This document shows positions 10,831-23,662 of a stretch of 64,000 bases of DNA, piece by piece. The notes under the pieces were generated by a model, which searched no databases, had not been told where the DNA came from, and saw only the letters and a program-made list of their open reading frames with translations. The stretch lies in contig CM059433.1 of assembly GCA_030390025.1 (NCBI GenBank), forward strand, positions 8,062,001 through 8,126,000, given 5' to 3'. Positions within the stretch are counted from its first letter, which is position 1. Each line of letters starts with the position of its first letter. A program made the position numbers and the translations under genes. The stretch is from Squalus acanthias. Taxonomy: Eukaryota.

Positions 10831-11237
10831 TGCTTTATTTTGAGAAAGAAAATACAGGAGGGGAACAGGGAATAATTGAAAGGGTTGAGTGCATGGTCGA
10901 AGAGGTTTTTGAAAGTAAGGAGGAAGATAGCAAGGAGGAGGGACTATGGAGGGAAGATGCTGGAGGGGGACGGAATGGTCAATGCAGAGACACAGAGGGG
11001 GTGAAATTCGTCTGGGTAACGCAAAGCTGGTGACCTGGGGGAAAAGTACTTCTGCCTTCCAGTTCATGCCGCCGACATCCGATCTGTCAATTCTCACATA
11101 GGCCGGGTTTTTCCTTACCTGGGCGGGTCCGGTGCGGCCGGTGTCCGTGGCGGGTCGTGACCCCGCTGCTGACTCCATCCCGCTGTTGAAAATGAACGTA
11201 CCTTAATGGGGCTTATTGTGCCCACCCAGCGTGTTAC

Positions 11238-11520
11238 ACAGAATCCCCACAGTGCAGATAGAGGCCATTTCGGCCCATCGAGCCTGCACCGACACATATC
11301 CCACCCTATCCCCGTAACCCCACGTATTTAATCCCCCCTAACACTAAGGGTCAATTTATCATAGCCAAATCAACCTAACCCGCACATCTTTGGACTGTGG
11401 GAGGAAACCGGAGCACCCGGAGGAAACCCACGCAGACACGGGGAGAATGTGCAAACTCCACACAGACAATCACCCGGGTCCCTGGCGCTGTGAGGCAACA
11501 GTGCTAACCACTATGCCACC
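11238..11520 (-). mobile_element. HE1-type V-SINE
   Basis: tRNA head GGTGGCATAGTGGTTAGCACTG, V-domain GTTTGCACATTCTCCCCGTGTCTGCGTGGGTTTCCTCCGGGTGCTCCGG, CR1-like tail; TSD CGTGTTAC at 11230-11237 and 11520-11527. Confidence 0.9.
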
Positions 11521-12326
11521 GTGTTACCTGGCCCAATGAGATGGAGCGGGTCTGGTGACATCATTCATGGTGCGTTTTCAGCCAAGACCTTTAAAGGGAC
11601 CCTGGCCACATTTCATTTGAAGTTTAATCTAACAAAGTGGGTATTGAATCTTTACTCTACAATAATATAATAAAAGTTATATATGAGTGGCAAAGAAATA
11701 CTTAAATAATATTATCATTAAGTAATATGATGCCATCTACAAATACGATCAAGAACATAATTAAAAAAGTACATTAATTGTGAAGTTATTGGTGCTTTAG
11801 TCACAATTCTATAGACTTTTGTATCAGTAACTGGTACACATAAAAGATGTGTGTGTACAGGTAATATATAAAATTAAGCTGATTTTAAATGTAATTGTAA
11901 AGGGGTGGATTTACAATCTTATGCAAGTTCAGCGGAAGAGCTGCGGAATCCCTGACAAACAGTGTAAGTGGTGCTTACAATGTTTTTCTGGGATTTCTGC
12001 AGCTCTTCGTTGAAGTTAACAATGGACAAGTGAGAGAACCTTCGCACAAATTCAACCTAAAGTCTCAGACTGAAAAATTAAATTAGTCATATTCAGGGAC
12101 TGAAAGCAAATTGAACCAGTGGAATGAGTGATGAGAATTAAATTGTTACGGTTGATGACTTGATTTAACGTGTAACTGGACAATCACAGTATACTGTGAG
12201 AAAAACCTGACCAGAAACAACACAAAAATTTATTTAAATGGTATATGTCAATTTTTATAGTGCAGATCAATTCACTGCAATTACTGTTGAGTTGGAAGGC
12301 AACAGTCGAGAATGGCCAGTGAAAAA

Positions 12327-12590
12327 TGGAGCAGGAATTGACAAATCAGAGCAGGAATTGACAGACCGGAGTGGGAATTGACAGATCGGAGCGGGAATTG
12401 ACAGATCGGAGCGGGAATTGACAGACTGGAGCGGGAATTGACAGATCGGAGCGGGAATTGACAGACCGGAGCGGGAATTGACAGATCGGAGCGGGAATTG
12501 ACAGACCGGAGCGGGAATTGACAGATTGGACTGGGAATTGACAGATCGGAGCGGGAATTGACAGACCGGAGCGGGAATTGACAGACCGGA
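12327..12590. repeat. 20-bp minisatellite (GGAGCGGGAATTGACAGAYC)n, about 13 units
   Basis: Direct period reading. Confidence 0.95.
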
Positions 12591-13030
12591 ATGGTCTCAC
12601 CATCCAGGGTAGGAGGGGAGCCTTCAGCACTCACATCCCTTCAGGAATTTCTGAATTCACATTTACCAGTAGCTTTTCAAGTAGAACAGAATCTCCATCA
12701 ATCTGTGATGGAGGGAAATTTAAAAAGTAAGTTAAAAAAGGCTCTTAAGTGCCTGTAAACTACCTGATAATCATCTCAATCGGGTCCCCGGCTGCAACCG
12801 GGCAGGTCGGCTCCGTGATGACAGACGCGCCGGGGGAAAGGTGCGTGGGAGCACGAGGTGACAGTGGGTTCCTGACCCGATGTCAAAAATAACAACTTTC
12901 CCAACCAACCCATCACCAATCTCGCCCGCTACCACCCCGGAAAATTCAGCCCACTCTGATATATTGATTCCCATTCTAATCTGTCGATTCCCACTCCGTT
13001 CTGTCAATTCCCACCTTGATCTGTCAATTC

Positions 13031-13940
13031 AGTTGTGAGGAGGATGCAAAGAGGCTTCAAGGCGATTTAGACAAGTTGAGTGAGTGGGCAAATACATGGC
13101 AGATGCAGTATAACGTGGATAAATGTGAAGTTATCCACTTTGATAGGAAAAACAGAAAGGTAGAGTATTATTTAAATGGTGATGGATAGGGAAATGCTGA
13201 TGTACAAAGGGACCTGGGTGTCCTTGTATACCAGTCACTGAAAGCAAACATGCAGGTGCAGCAAGCAGTTAGGAAGGCAAATGGTATGTTGGCCTTCATT
13301 GCAAGTGGATTTGAGTACAGGAGCAAGGATGTCTTACTACAGTTATACAGGGCCTTGGTGAGACCACACCTGGAGTACTGTGTGCAGTTTTGGTCTCCTT
13401 ACCTAAGAAAGGATATACTTGCCATAGAGGGAGTGCAGCGAAGGTTCACCAGACTGATTCCTGGGATGGCAGGACTGTCGTATGAGGAGAGATTGGGTCA
13501 ACTAGGCCTGTATTCACTAGAGTTTGGAAGAGTGAGAGGGGATCTCATTGAAACGTATAAAATTCTGACAGGGCTAGACAGACTGGATGCAGGGAGGATG
13601 TTTCAACTGGCTGGGGGGTCTAGAACAAGGGGTCACAGTCTCAGGATATGGGGTAGGACATTTAGGACTGAGATGAGGAGAAATTTCTTCACTCAGAGGG
13701 TGGTGAACCTGTGGAATTCTCTACCACAGAAGGCTGTGGAGGCCAAGTCACTGAATATATTTAAGAAGGAGATAGATAGATTTCTATACACAAAAGGCGT
13801 CAAGGGGTATGGGGAGAGAGCGGGAATATGGTATTGAGATCGAGGATCAGCCATGATCATATTGAATGGCGGAGCAGGCTCGAAGGGCCGAACGGCCTAC
13901 TCCTGCTCCTATTTTTCTATGTTTCTTTCTATGTTTCTAT
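13031..13940 (+). mobile_element. CR1 LINE 3' portion (RT C-terminus)
   Basis: ORF 13250-13837 with LVRPHLEYCVQFWSP; (TTTCTATG)n tail. Confidence 0.95.
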
Positions 13941-14040
13941 TCTAACATTGGTCTGGTCGATTCCCGCTCCGATCTGTCAATTACCACTCTGATCTGTCAA
14001 TTCGCACCCCTAACCGGACCAGCTATGAGGGAGCGTACTC

Positions 14041-14645
14041 TGTGACGTAAGAGAACTACTAGGCACTTGGTCTAAGCGTTAAACAAAGCTTTAATCAACT
14101 GTTTTACAACATGGAGGTCTAGTTGTGTCCTTCTCTAGTTCCTGTTAAGAATGTCCTGCGCAAGCTGGGCCCGTGCCCGAGTATTTATACTCTCCCTGGA
14201 CTGCACCACCCGCAGGCCACTCAGTATTATTTCATAAGTCTTTCTTTCATGAATGACAGATTCATGTCACTCTGCCTGCAGGGTCTGGCCTTGCCTGCTT
14301 TATGTGGATCCAAGCGACGAGGAGGACGGGGTCTCCAGCTCTGAAGACGAGTCCAGCGATGATGTATTTTCAAGTTAAGTATTAGATTCTCAGGTTACCG
14401 AAATAACAGAATGTGCATTGCCATCCTTGAGCTTCAGTGTCAGCATGGTCATACGCAGATCAGTCTTTTAAAATTATAGCCTTGCGTGGCAGTCATTGGC
14501 GCCCTCAGCAAAGCATAGATATATAGCAAACTGCAGCAAATATCATGTGGCTGAATGTCACGTGACCAAATGTCATGTGACTGAAGGTCCAGGGTGGTTT
14601 TGTTACCAGCCAATACTAATTTCAACTCCCCAGAGAGCTGTCACA
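14041..14645 (-). mobile_element. Candidate solo LTR
   Basis: TGTGAC...GTCACA termini; minus-strand TATAAATA (about 14182-14189) upstream of ATTAAA (14090-14095); repeated CAYGTG motifs; no TSD visible. Confidence 0.45.
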
Positions 14646-15253
14646 CAGGCTGGGCATATAATTGGCAAATGAAGTTCAACACAGATAAATGTGAGTTATT
14701 ACATTTTGGTAGGAAGAATAGGGAGGTCACTTATCACTTGGAGGGTGCGAGTCTAGGTGGGGTAGAGGAACAAAGGGATCTCGGAGTACAAATACACAAA
14801 TCACTAAAAGTTTCGACGTAGGTTAGCAAGGCCATCAAAAAAGCAAACCAAGCACTAGGGTTTATTTCTAGAGGGATAGAATTGAAAAGTAGGGAAGTTA
14901 TGCTAAACCTGTATCAAACCTTGGTTGGACCACACTTGGAGTACTGCGTGCAGTGCTGGTCACCATATTATAAAAAGGATATAGAGGCACTGGAGAGGAT
15001 GCAGAGAAGATTTACAAGGATGATACCAGAAATGTGAGGGTATACAGATCAGGAAAGGATGAACAGGCTGGGTCTCTTTTCTCTTGGAAAAAAGAAGGTT
15101 GAGGGGTGACCTAATAGAGGTCTTTAAAATTATGAAAAAATTTAATAAAGTGGATACAGAGAGAATGTTTCCACTTGTGGGGAAGAGCATAACTAGAGAC
15201 CATCAATATAAGATAGTCACCAAGAAATCCAATAGGGAATTCAGAAGAAACTT
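14646..15253 (+). mobile_element. CR1 fragment (continues at 17706-17935)
   Basis: WQMKFNTDKC...; breaks at AGAAGAAACTT and resumes ACCCAGAGAGTGGTGAGAATG after nested inserts. Confidence 0.9.
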
Positions 15254-15262
15254 AGAGTCCTT

Positions 15263-16023
15263 GGCCCGAAAATTAAACCTAATACGCGAGAGTACGCACT
15301 GTGTACTCTCGCGTATTAGATCCCAAATTGCCGGTTTCCTGCATGCACTGCGCATGCGCGGGAAACCGGCACTTCGTGAATTCAAAAGGGGGCGGTTCCT
15401 AAGTGAACCGCGTGCGCGCTACAGGCTGTGCGCACGCAGTGCACTTAGTTTTTTTTTCAGCTTTGAACGCGCAGGTAAGTGGTGAAGATTTTACACACAA
15501 AGAAAGCAGGTGTAGGACCCCCTTTTAACAAGGTAAGTAGTTAATTAAGTGTTATTTAAAAAATTTTTCAACAGGTTTATCTTTTTTAGAGACTTTAAAG
15601 AAAGGTAAGTTTATTTTTATAACTTTTAAAAAGATTTTAAATTTTTCAAAAATGTAATTTTTTGTTTAAAGTGGTTAATTTATTTAACTATACTTATTTT
15701 ATTAATGTGATGGCTTTTTTTAATGTAATTGAGGTTTAGCTGTTCTTTTGGGGGTGTGTAGTATTCATAGCTTTGACAGCTCTTGCTGTCAAAACTATGA
15801 ATGAAAGATGGTGTGCTGCCATTGGCTCTAACTGAATCACGTGATCCCAGAGCTCGCACGAACTAATTGCGCCTCTGGGTCACGCAAGCACTGCACGGTT
15901 CCAACAGAGAGAGCCTTTGAAACTAAAGTTCGTGTGGGCCCGGAGCAAAAAGGTAGGCGCGGAGTGCGATATCGCGGGGATTCCTTACCCCCGCGGGAAC
16001 CCTCACTGTTTAATTTCTGGGCC
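15263..16023. mobile_element. Harbinger-type MITE family 1, copy a
   Basis: TIR GGCCCGAAAATTAAAC / GTTTAATTTCTGGGCC; homologous over its full length to 46092-46857. Confidence 0.85.
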
Positions 16024-17705
16024 ATAGAGTCATACAGCACAGAAAGAGGCCCTTCGGCCCATTGTGTCTGCACCGGCCATCAAGCCCTGTCTATTCTAAT
16101 CCCATTTTCCAGCACTTGGTCCGTAGCCTTGTATGCTATGGCGTTTCAAGTGCTCATCTAAATGCTTCTTGAATGTTGTGAGGGTTCCTGCCTCTACCAC
16201 CCTTTCAGGCAGTGAGTTCCAGATTCCAACCACCCTCTGGGTGAAAAAGTTTTTCCTCAAATCCCCTCTAAACCTCCTGCCCCTTACCTTGAAACTATGC
16301 CCCCTTGTTATTGACCCCTCTACTAAGGGGAAAAGTTCCTTTCTATCTACCCTATCTATGCCCCTCATAATTTTGTACACCTCAATCAGGTCCCCCCTCA
16401 GCCTTCTCTGCTCTAAGGAAAACAACCCCAGCCTGTCCAGTCTCTCTTCATAGCTGAAGCGCTGCAGCCCAGGTAACATCCTGGTGAATCTCCTCTGCAC
16501 CCTCTCCAATGCAATCACATCCTTCCTATAGTGAGGCGACCAGAACTGCACACAGTATTCCAGCTGTGGCCTAACTAGCGTTTTGTACAGCTCCATCATA
16601 ACCTCCCTGCTCTTATATTCTATGCCTCGGCTAATGAAGGCAAGTATCCCATATGCCTTCTTAACCACCTTATCTACCTGTCCTGCTGCCTTCAGGGATC
16701 TTTGTACATGCACACCAAGGTCCCTCTGATCCTCTGTCCTTCCTAGGTTCCTACCATTCATTGTGTATTCCCTTGCCTTGTTAGTCCTCCCAAAATGCAT
16801 CACCTCACACTTTTCAGGGTTAAATTACATTTGTCACTGTTCTGCCCATCTGACCAACCCGTCTATATCGTCCTGTAGCCTGAGGCTTTCCTCCTCGCTA
16901 TTTACCACTCCACCAATTTTCGTGTCATCTGTGAACTTACTGATCATACCTCCTACATTCATATCTAAATCATTAATGTACACTACAAACAGCAAGGGAC
17001 CAAGCACCGATTCCTGCGGTACACCACTGGACACAAGCTTCCAATCACAAAAACAACTTTCGACCATCACCCTCTGCCTCCTGCCACTAAGCCAATTTTG
17101 GATCCAATGTGCCAAATTGCCCTGGATCCCATGGGCTCTTACCTTCTTGACCAGTCTCCCATGCGGGACTTTGTCAAAAGCCTTACTGAAGTCCATGTAG
17201 ACCACATCAACTGCACTACCCTCATCCACACACCTAGTCACCCCCTCGAAAAATTCAATCAAATTGGTCAGACATGATCTCCCACTGACAAAGCCATGCT
17301 GACTATCCTTGATTAATCCCTGCCTCTCCAAGTGGAGACTAATTCTGTCCCTCAGAATTTTTTCCAATAATTTCCCTACCACTGATGTTAGGCTCACTGG
17401 CCTGTAATTCCCTGGTTTATCCCTACTACCCTTCTTGAACAATGGTACTACGTTAGCTGTTCTCCAGTCCTCTGGCGTGTTGTGCGACCTCTCAATTTTG
17501 TCCACCCCAGTCCAACACCGGCATCTCCGCATCATGACCTCCCCTGTGGCCAGAGAGGTTCTGAAAATTTGTGTCAGAGCCTCTGCAATCTCCTCCCTTG
17601 CCTCACACAGCAGCCTGGGATACATCTCGTCTTGCCCTGGGGATTTATCCACTTTTAAGACTGCTAAAACCGCTGGTACCTCCTCCCTCTCAATACTAAT
17701 TTGTT
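16024..17705 (-). mobile_element. CR1 LINE with RT domain (5'-truncated)
   Basis: ORFs 16834-17652 ([27 protein letters not shown]) and 16096-16803; (ATAGAGTC)n tail. Confidence 0.95.
17477..17536 (+). mobile_element. 60-nt Penelope pseudo-LTR end inserted in CR1
   Basis: GTGTTGTGCGAC...CCCCAGTCCAACACCGGCATCTCCGCATCATG matches the reverse complement of 44653-44712. Confidence 0.85.
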
Positions 17706-17935
17706 CACCCAGAGAGTGGTGAGAATGTGGAACTCGCTATCACAGGGAGTGGTTGAAGCGAATAGTATAGATGGATTTAAGGGGAGGCTGGATAAGCATA
17801 TGAGGGAGAAGGGAATAGAGGGTTACGCTGATAGATTTAGATGAGGAAAGACGGGAGGAGGCTCGAGTGGAGCATAAACGCCGGCATGGACTGGTTGGGC
17901 CGAATGGCCTGTTTCTGTACCGTATATCCTACGTA
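17706..17935 (+). mobile_element. CR1 3' end (continuation of 14646-15253)
   Basis: Colinear with the copy at 31200-31440. Confidence 0.9.
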
Positions 17936-17939
17936 ATGT

Positions 17940-19370
17940 AAGGATGTCACTTGTGACTTTGATTGCTGGGGATCTCAGTGCTGTGGGCGGGGGGCAAGAA
18001 CCAGAATCTAGAGTCTCAAACAATCAGAGATGGGAGTGTTGTTGTGAAGCAATGATGCATTTGGGGGAATGGCAAAGAAAGGGACAATTGGATATGCGTG
18101 ATCGTCGGAAAGAATGGCGGGGTTAAGGATGGATAATATTGACTGTCTTAACGGAGTAGGGGACAGCACCAGAGAAAAGACAGGTTAATGCTGTTAGCCA
18201 GCATGGGACTAAGGAAGTAAAGTTGGGATAGCTGGACTGGAATGGATTTAGAGAGTAGATGGTTGGCTTCATTGTCGACCTGTGTTTGTTGAGGGCTGAA
18301 GGGAAGTTTGGGGAGAAGCAGTAGAGAACAAGATGAGTGAGTGCTCAGTAAGGGTGGAAGGCAGGAGGAAGAGTCAGGAGCTAAAATGGAGGGGAAGTTG
18401 AGGGGTAGTCAGAGGAGGCACCAGCTATGCAGGTAGACTTGACTTTGAGCAGAAAGAATTCCACGAGTTTCTTACATTCTGAACTTGTGGAGAGGATGAG
18501 GGACGTGGAGCAGAGAAGACAGAAAAGGAGGTGGTGGAGTTTGGAGGTGTTTTTTGATCTATCACATGACCTTGGAGTGGTAAGCAGTTTTAGTCAAGGA
18601 TGGTGAGTGAAGGTCCAGATCCGGCTCAGTTGCAGCACCCTCTCGCTTCTGCGTCAAAAGGCTGTGGGTTCACATCCCATTCCAGAGATTCGAGCGCAGA
18701 ATCCAGGCTGACACTTCAGGGCAATATTGGAGGAATGCTGCACTGTCGGAGGTGCCATCTGCCGGATGAGACATTAAACTGAGTACCCGTCTCAGGTGGA
18801 TCTAAAAGAGCCCATGGCACAATTTTGAAGAAGGGGCAGATTTTCTGGTCATATGTCTCATTGCTGTTTGTGGGACCTTGCTGTGCGCAATTTATCTGCA
18901 ACGTTTCCTACAGTGACTACACTTAATAGGCTGTAAAGCGCTTTAGGACGTCCTGAGGCCATTGAAAGGTGCTATATAAACACAAGTTCTTTCCTTTACA
19001 ACTTAAGGTGGACCAACCAGATCTGGCCAGTAGACGGCCAGTCCAGTCGATCACGAGTCAGTGTGTTCAAGATTAAAGACTGCACATTTGAGACTACAAA
19101 GTTAGCGGCCGTAACAGGGGATGGAGTGTGGATGGGAGACCATCCAGGATCCGAGGAGGACAAGGATACTGAAGATGGTGGTGATGACACACGGTGGAGA
19201 AGAATGCCAGGGGCATCAATGCTATTCTGGGTGGCAGGCCAATGAAGAGGGAGGTCGGAGTTACGGAAGATACTTGTGAGTGGAGTGGAGGTACTTCTTT
19301 TCACAGACAGAAGGTGACAGATTTTAAATTTACAAGCTCCACTCAATCCGCCCTCATTCGACAAAGTAAT
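17940..19370 (-). mobile_element. Ancient L2 ORF2 remnant with a DeuSINE inserted (about 18620-18995, +)
   Basis: FETLDSGS...IKVTSDIL resembles L2 QSGFR..HSTETALIKVTNDIL; SSECKKLVEFFLLKVKST resembles L2 KCEELMDFFVTKIETI. Confidence 0.6.
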
Positions 19371-19375
19371 TCATT

Positions 19376-19853
19376 GTACACCAAGCTCGACACCATCCAC
19401 GACAAAGCAGCCCGCTTGATTGGCACCCCATCCACCACCTTAAACATTCACTCCCTCCACCACCGGCGCACCGTGGCTGCAGTGTGTACCATCTACAAGA
19501 TGCACTGCAGCAACTCGCCAAGGCTTCTTCGACAGCATCTCCCAAACCCGCGACCTCTTCCACCTAGAAGGACAAGGGCAGCAGGCGCATGGGAACACCA
19601 CCACCTCCAAGTTCCCCTCTAAGTCACACACCATCCTGACTTGGAAGTATATCGCCGATCCTTCATCGTCGCTGGGTCAAAATCCTGGAACTCCCTCCCT
19701 AACAGCACTGTGGGAGCACCCTCACTACACGGACTGCAGCGGTTCAAGAAGGCGGAGGCTCACCACCACCTTCTCAAGGGCAATTAGGGATGGGCAATAA
19801 ATGCTGGCCTTGCCAGCGACGCCCACATCCCATAAAAAACGAATTAAAAAAAA
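19376..19853 (+). mobile_element. CR1-group (Zenon-like) LINE 3' end
   Basis: KLDTIHDKAARLIG...RRTVAAVCTIYKM...SWNSLP peptide; poly(A) tail; homologous to 31945-32590. Confidence 0.8.
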
Positions 19854-20254
19854 ACAAGCACTTTGAGGTGTTTATTTATTTATATTTATATCTATCTTTG
19901 AGTATAATCTTTATAATAAAAGACTTTTGTGGTGGCCCTCGACTCTGTCCAGTCTGCTGCCAGGGTTGTGTCCATTGAACTGTTGAGGCATAGGTAAATT
20001 TTCTTTCCCCTCATTGGTTAAGTAATCTGTTTTCCTGCTTTCTAATTGGTTATTTTCTACCATTGTTATTCACCAATCATAAACTTTCTCCCTAATTCCA
20101 GTTTTCTCCTCAACCAATGAAAATCCTCCGAGATATGGCTACCATGACAGTGCCCCATCCTTCCCACGATAAAAACAAAATTCATAGCCTAACACAGCAA
20201 CATTGAGAAAATCTAAAATTACAAGCTTAAACCGTAAACGTACCCATCACATCT

Positions 20255-21143
20255 CTGTGAAGAGGCTTGAAGGGGATCTCGACAGGCTCAGTGAGTGGGT
20301 GAGAACATGGCAGATGGAATATAATGTGGATAAATGTGAAGTTATCCACTTTGGTAGAAAAAACAGAAAGACAGAGTAATTCCTAAATGGTGAAAGATTG
20401 AGGAATGCAGATGCTCAAAGGGAACCTGGGTGTCCTAGTACACGAGTCACTGAAAGTGAATGTGCAGGTGCAGCAAGTCATTAGGAAGGCAAATGGTATG
20501 CTGGCCTTCATTACAAGAGGATTTGAGTACAGGAGTAAAGAAGTCTTACTCCAATTATATAGGGCCTTGGTGAGACCACACCTGGAGTACTGTGTACAAT
20601 TTTGGTCTCCTTACCTAAGGAAGGAAATACTTGCCATAGAGGGAGTGCAACGAAGGTTCACGAGATTGATTCCTGGGATGGCGGGACTGTCGTATGAGAA
20701 GAGATTGAGTAAACTAGGCCTGTATTCTCTTGAATTCAGAAGAATGAGAGGGGATCTCATTGAAGCATACAAAATTATTACAGGGCTTGATAGAGTGGCT
20801 GCTGGGAGAATGTTTCCCTTGGCTGGTGAGTCTAGAACCAGGGGCCATAGCCTCAGGATAAAGGGTAGGCCATTCAGGACTGAGATGAGAAGAAATTTCT
20901 TCACACAGAGGTTGGTGAATCTTTGGAATTCTCTACCCCAGAGGGCTGTGGAGGCTCAGTCATTGGGTATATTCAAAACAGAAGTCGATAGATTTCTGAC
21001 TAGTAAGGGCATCAAGGGATATGGCGATAGAGCCGGTGAGTGGAGTTGAGGCAGAAGATCAGCCATAATCTCATTGAATGGTGGAGCAGGCTCGAAGGGC
21101 CGAATGGCCTATTCCTGCCTCTATTTCTTATGTTCTTATGTTC
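20255..21143 (+). mobile_element. CR1 LINE 3' portion
   Basis: ORF 20405-21049 is CR1 ORF2 C-terminus; (TTCTTATG)n tail. Confidence 0.95.
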
Positions 21144-21355
21144 CAATCACCCATTTGCTCAAACAAGCATAGTCTGAAGCACCCCACCAGAATTTGTGAA
21201 AATCCTTGACCCTAGGTGCATCCTTCTCCAATATTATACAACCCAGCCCACCTGGGTGAGGCCCAACATTCCGAGCTAACTATCTGCACTACAACTCCCA
21301 TGGCTCAATGCACTGCCCAGCCTCCATAACACGTAAAGTATAATTGTACCGTGAG

Positions 21356-22165
21356 GGATAAATGCAAGGTTATCCACTTTGGTGGCAAAAACAGAAAGGC
21401 AGATTATTATCTGAGCGGCAATAGATTGGGAGAAGGGGAAGTGCAACGAGACCTGGGTGTCCTTGTGCACCAGTCGCATGCAGGTACAGCAGGCGGTTAA
21501 GAAGGCAAATGGTATGTTGGCCTTCGTAGCGAGAGGGTTTGAGTACAGGAGCAAGGATGTCTTGCTGCAGCTGTACAGGGCCTTGATGAGACCACACCTT
21601 GAGTATTGTGTGCAGTTTTGGTCGCCTTATCTGAGGAAGGATGTTCTTGCCATGGAGGGTGTGCAGCGAAGATTCACCAGACTTATACCTGGGATGGCAG
21701 GAATGACTTACGAGGAGAGATTGGGTCGATTGGGCTTATACTCGCTGGAGTTTAGCAGAATGAGAGGAGATCTCATTGAAACTTATAAAATTCTAACAGG
21801 GCTAGACAGACTGGATGCAGGAAGGATGTTCCCGATGGCGGGTGAGTCCAGAACAAGAGGTCACAGTCTAAAGATAAGGGGTAAGCCATTTAGGACAGAG
21901 ATGAGGAGGAATTTCTTCACCCAGAGAGTGGTGAACCTGTGGAATTCTCTACCACAGAAGGCAGTTGAGGCCAAGTCAGTAAATATATTCAAGAAGGAGT
22001 TAGATATATTTCTTAAGGCTAAAGGGATCAAGGGATATGGGGAGAAAGCAGGGACAGGGTACTGAATTTGGATGATCAGCCATGATCTCATTAAATGGCG
22101 GAGCAGGCTCGAGGGGCCGAATGGCCTACTCCTGCTCCTATCTTCTATGTTTCTATGTTTCTATG
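21356..22165 (+). mobile_element. CR1 LINE 3' portion
   Basis: ORF 21457-22065; (TTTCTATG)n tail. Confidence 0.95.
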
Positions 22166-22556
22166 AGTCTGATGCGACATAACTAAGCAACCAGATTGCA
22201 ACCTTCGGAAGCTATTGCTTGGCCAGAAGTCCCAAACTTCCTTGCTCCCTCCACCCCCTACCCTCCCTCACCCTGCAACAGCCCCAAACGCCACTCTTGA
22301 GCTTTCCCTCCAAACCTGTTGTCTTCTGCACCCAAGCTTGTTTGCCCAAATTACAAGTCCCACTGAATCTACCTTCGTTGTCCAAAGTAATTCATTGCGT
22401 ATGAAGGACGTTTGAGACATTTCTGAGAGACACGATAGGGCGCCATATAAATTCAAGCCTCTTTTTTTCTTATAAACCTACTGCAGTTGATGTTCCTGTT
22501 GACATGATGCCTCCTCCCACCACTCTCCCTCCAGATGCTCTTCCATTCTCATCTTT

Positions 22557-23478
22557 ACATACGAACATACGAACTAGGAGCAGGAGTAGGCCACTCGGCC
22601 CTTCGAGCCTGCTCCGCCATTCAATAAGATCATGGCTGATCTGATTACTCCACATTCCCGCCTACCCCCGATAACCTTTCACCCCCTTGCTTACCAAGAA
22701 TCTATCTACCTCTGCCGTAAAAATATTCAAAGACTCTGCTTCCACTGCCCTCTGAGGAAGAGAGTTCCAAAGACTCACGACCCTCTGTGAGAAAAATGTC
22801 TCCTCATCTCTGTCTTAAATGGGCGACCCCTTATTTTTAAACAGTGACCCCTAGTTCTAGATTCTCCCACAAGAGGAAACATCCTCTCCACATCCACCCT
22901 GTCTAGACCCCTCAGGATCTTATATGTTTCAATCAAGTCACCTCTTATTCTTCTAAACTCCAGCGGATACAAGCCTAGCCTGTCCAACCTTTCCTCATAA
23001 GACAACCCGCCCATTCCAGGTATTAGTCTAGTACACCTTCTCTGAACTGCTTCCAACGCATTTACATCCTTCCTTAAATAAGGAGACCAATACTGTACAC
23101 AGTACTCCAGATGTGGTCTCACCAATGCCCTGTATAACTGAAGCATAACCTCCCTACTTTTGTATTCAATTCCCCTCGCAATAAACGATAACATTCTATT
23201 AGCTTTCCTAATTACTTGCTGTACCTGCATAGTAACCTTTTGTGATTCATGTACTAGGACACCCAGATCCCTCTGCATCTCAGAGCTCTGCAATCTCTCA
23301 CCATTTAGATAATATGCTTCTTTTTTATTCTTCCTGCCAAAATGGACAACTTCACATTTTCCCACATTATACTCCATTTGCCAGATCTTTGCCCACTCAC
23401 TTAACTTATCTATATCCCTTTGTAGCCTCCTTATGTCCTCTTCACAATTTACTTTCCTACTTTGTGTCATCAGCAAAT
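22557..23478 (-). mobile_element. CR1 LINE 3' portion
   Basis: ORF 22775-23476(-); (TTCGTATG)n tail. Confidence 0.95.
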
Positions 23479-23662
23479 TAGGCTCGCACTATCCCTGCCT
23501 TGGGACTGCTCCCTGGTTAAGCTTCTGCTTTCTGTTCCACCCGAGACTTCACTGCTCTCCTTTCCCTCCTTCCCTCCTTCCCAGCCCTACACATATCCCA
23601 GACTTCACTCCCCTTTTTTAAATAATATAGTGGCTGTCTTGGTGGCTTTAATAAAACTCAAG

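Larger units (their letters stand above)
11101..12952. mobile_element. PIF/Harbinger-type non-autonomous element (composite)
   Basis: Imperfect TIRs GGCCGGGTTTTTCC / GGAAAATTCAGCCC; left end homologous to 34808-35030 and right end to 39520-39756. Confidence 0.7.
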
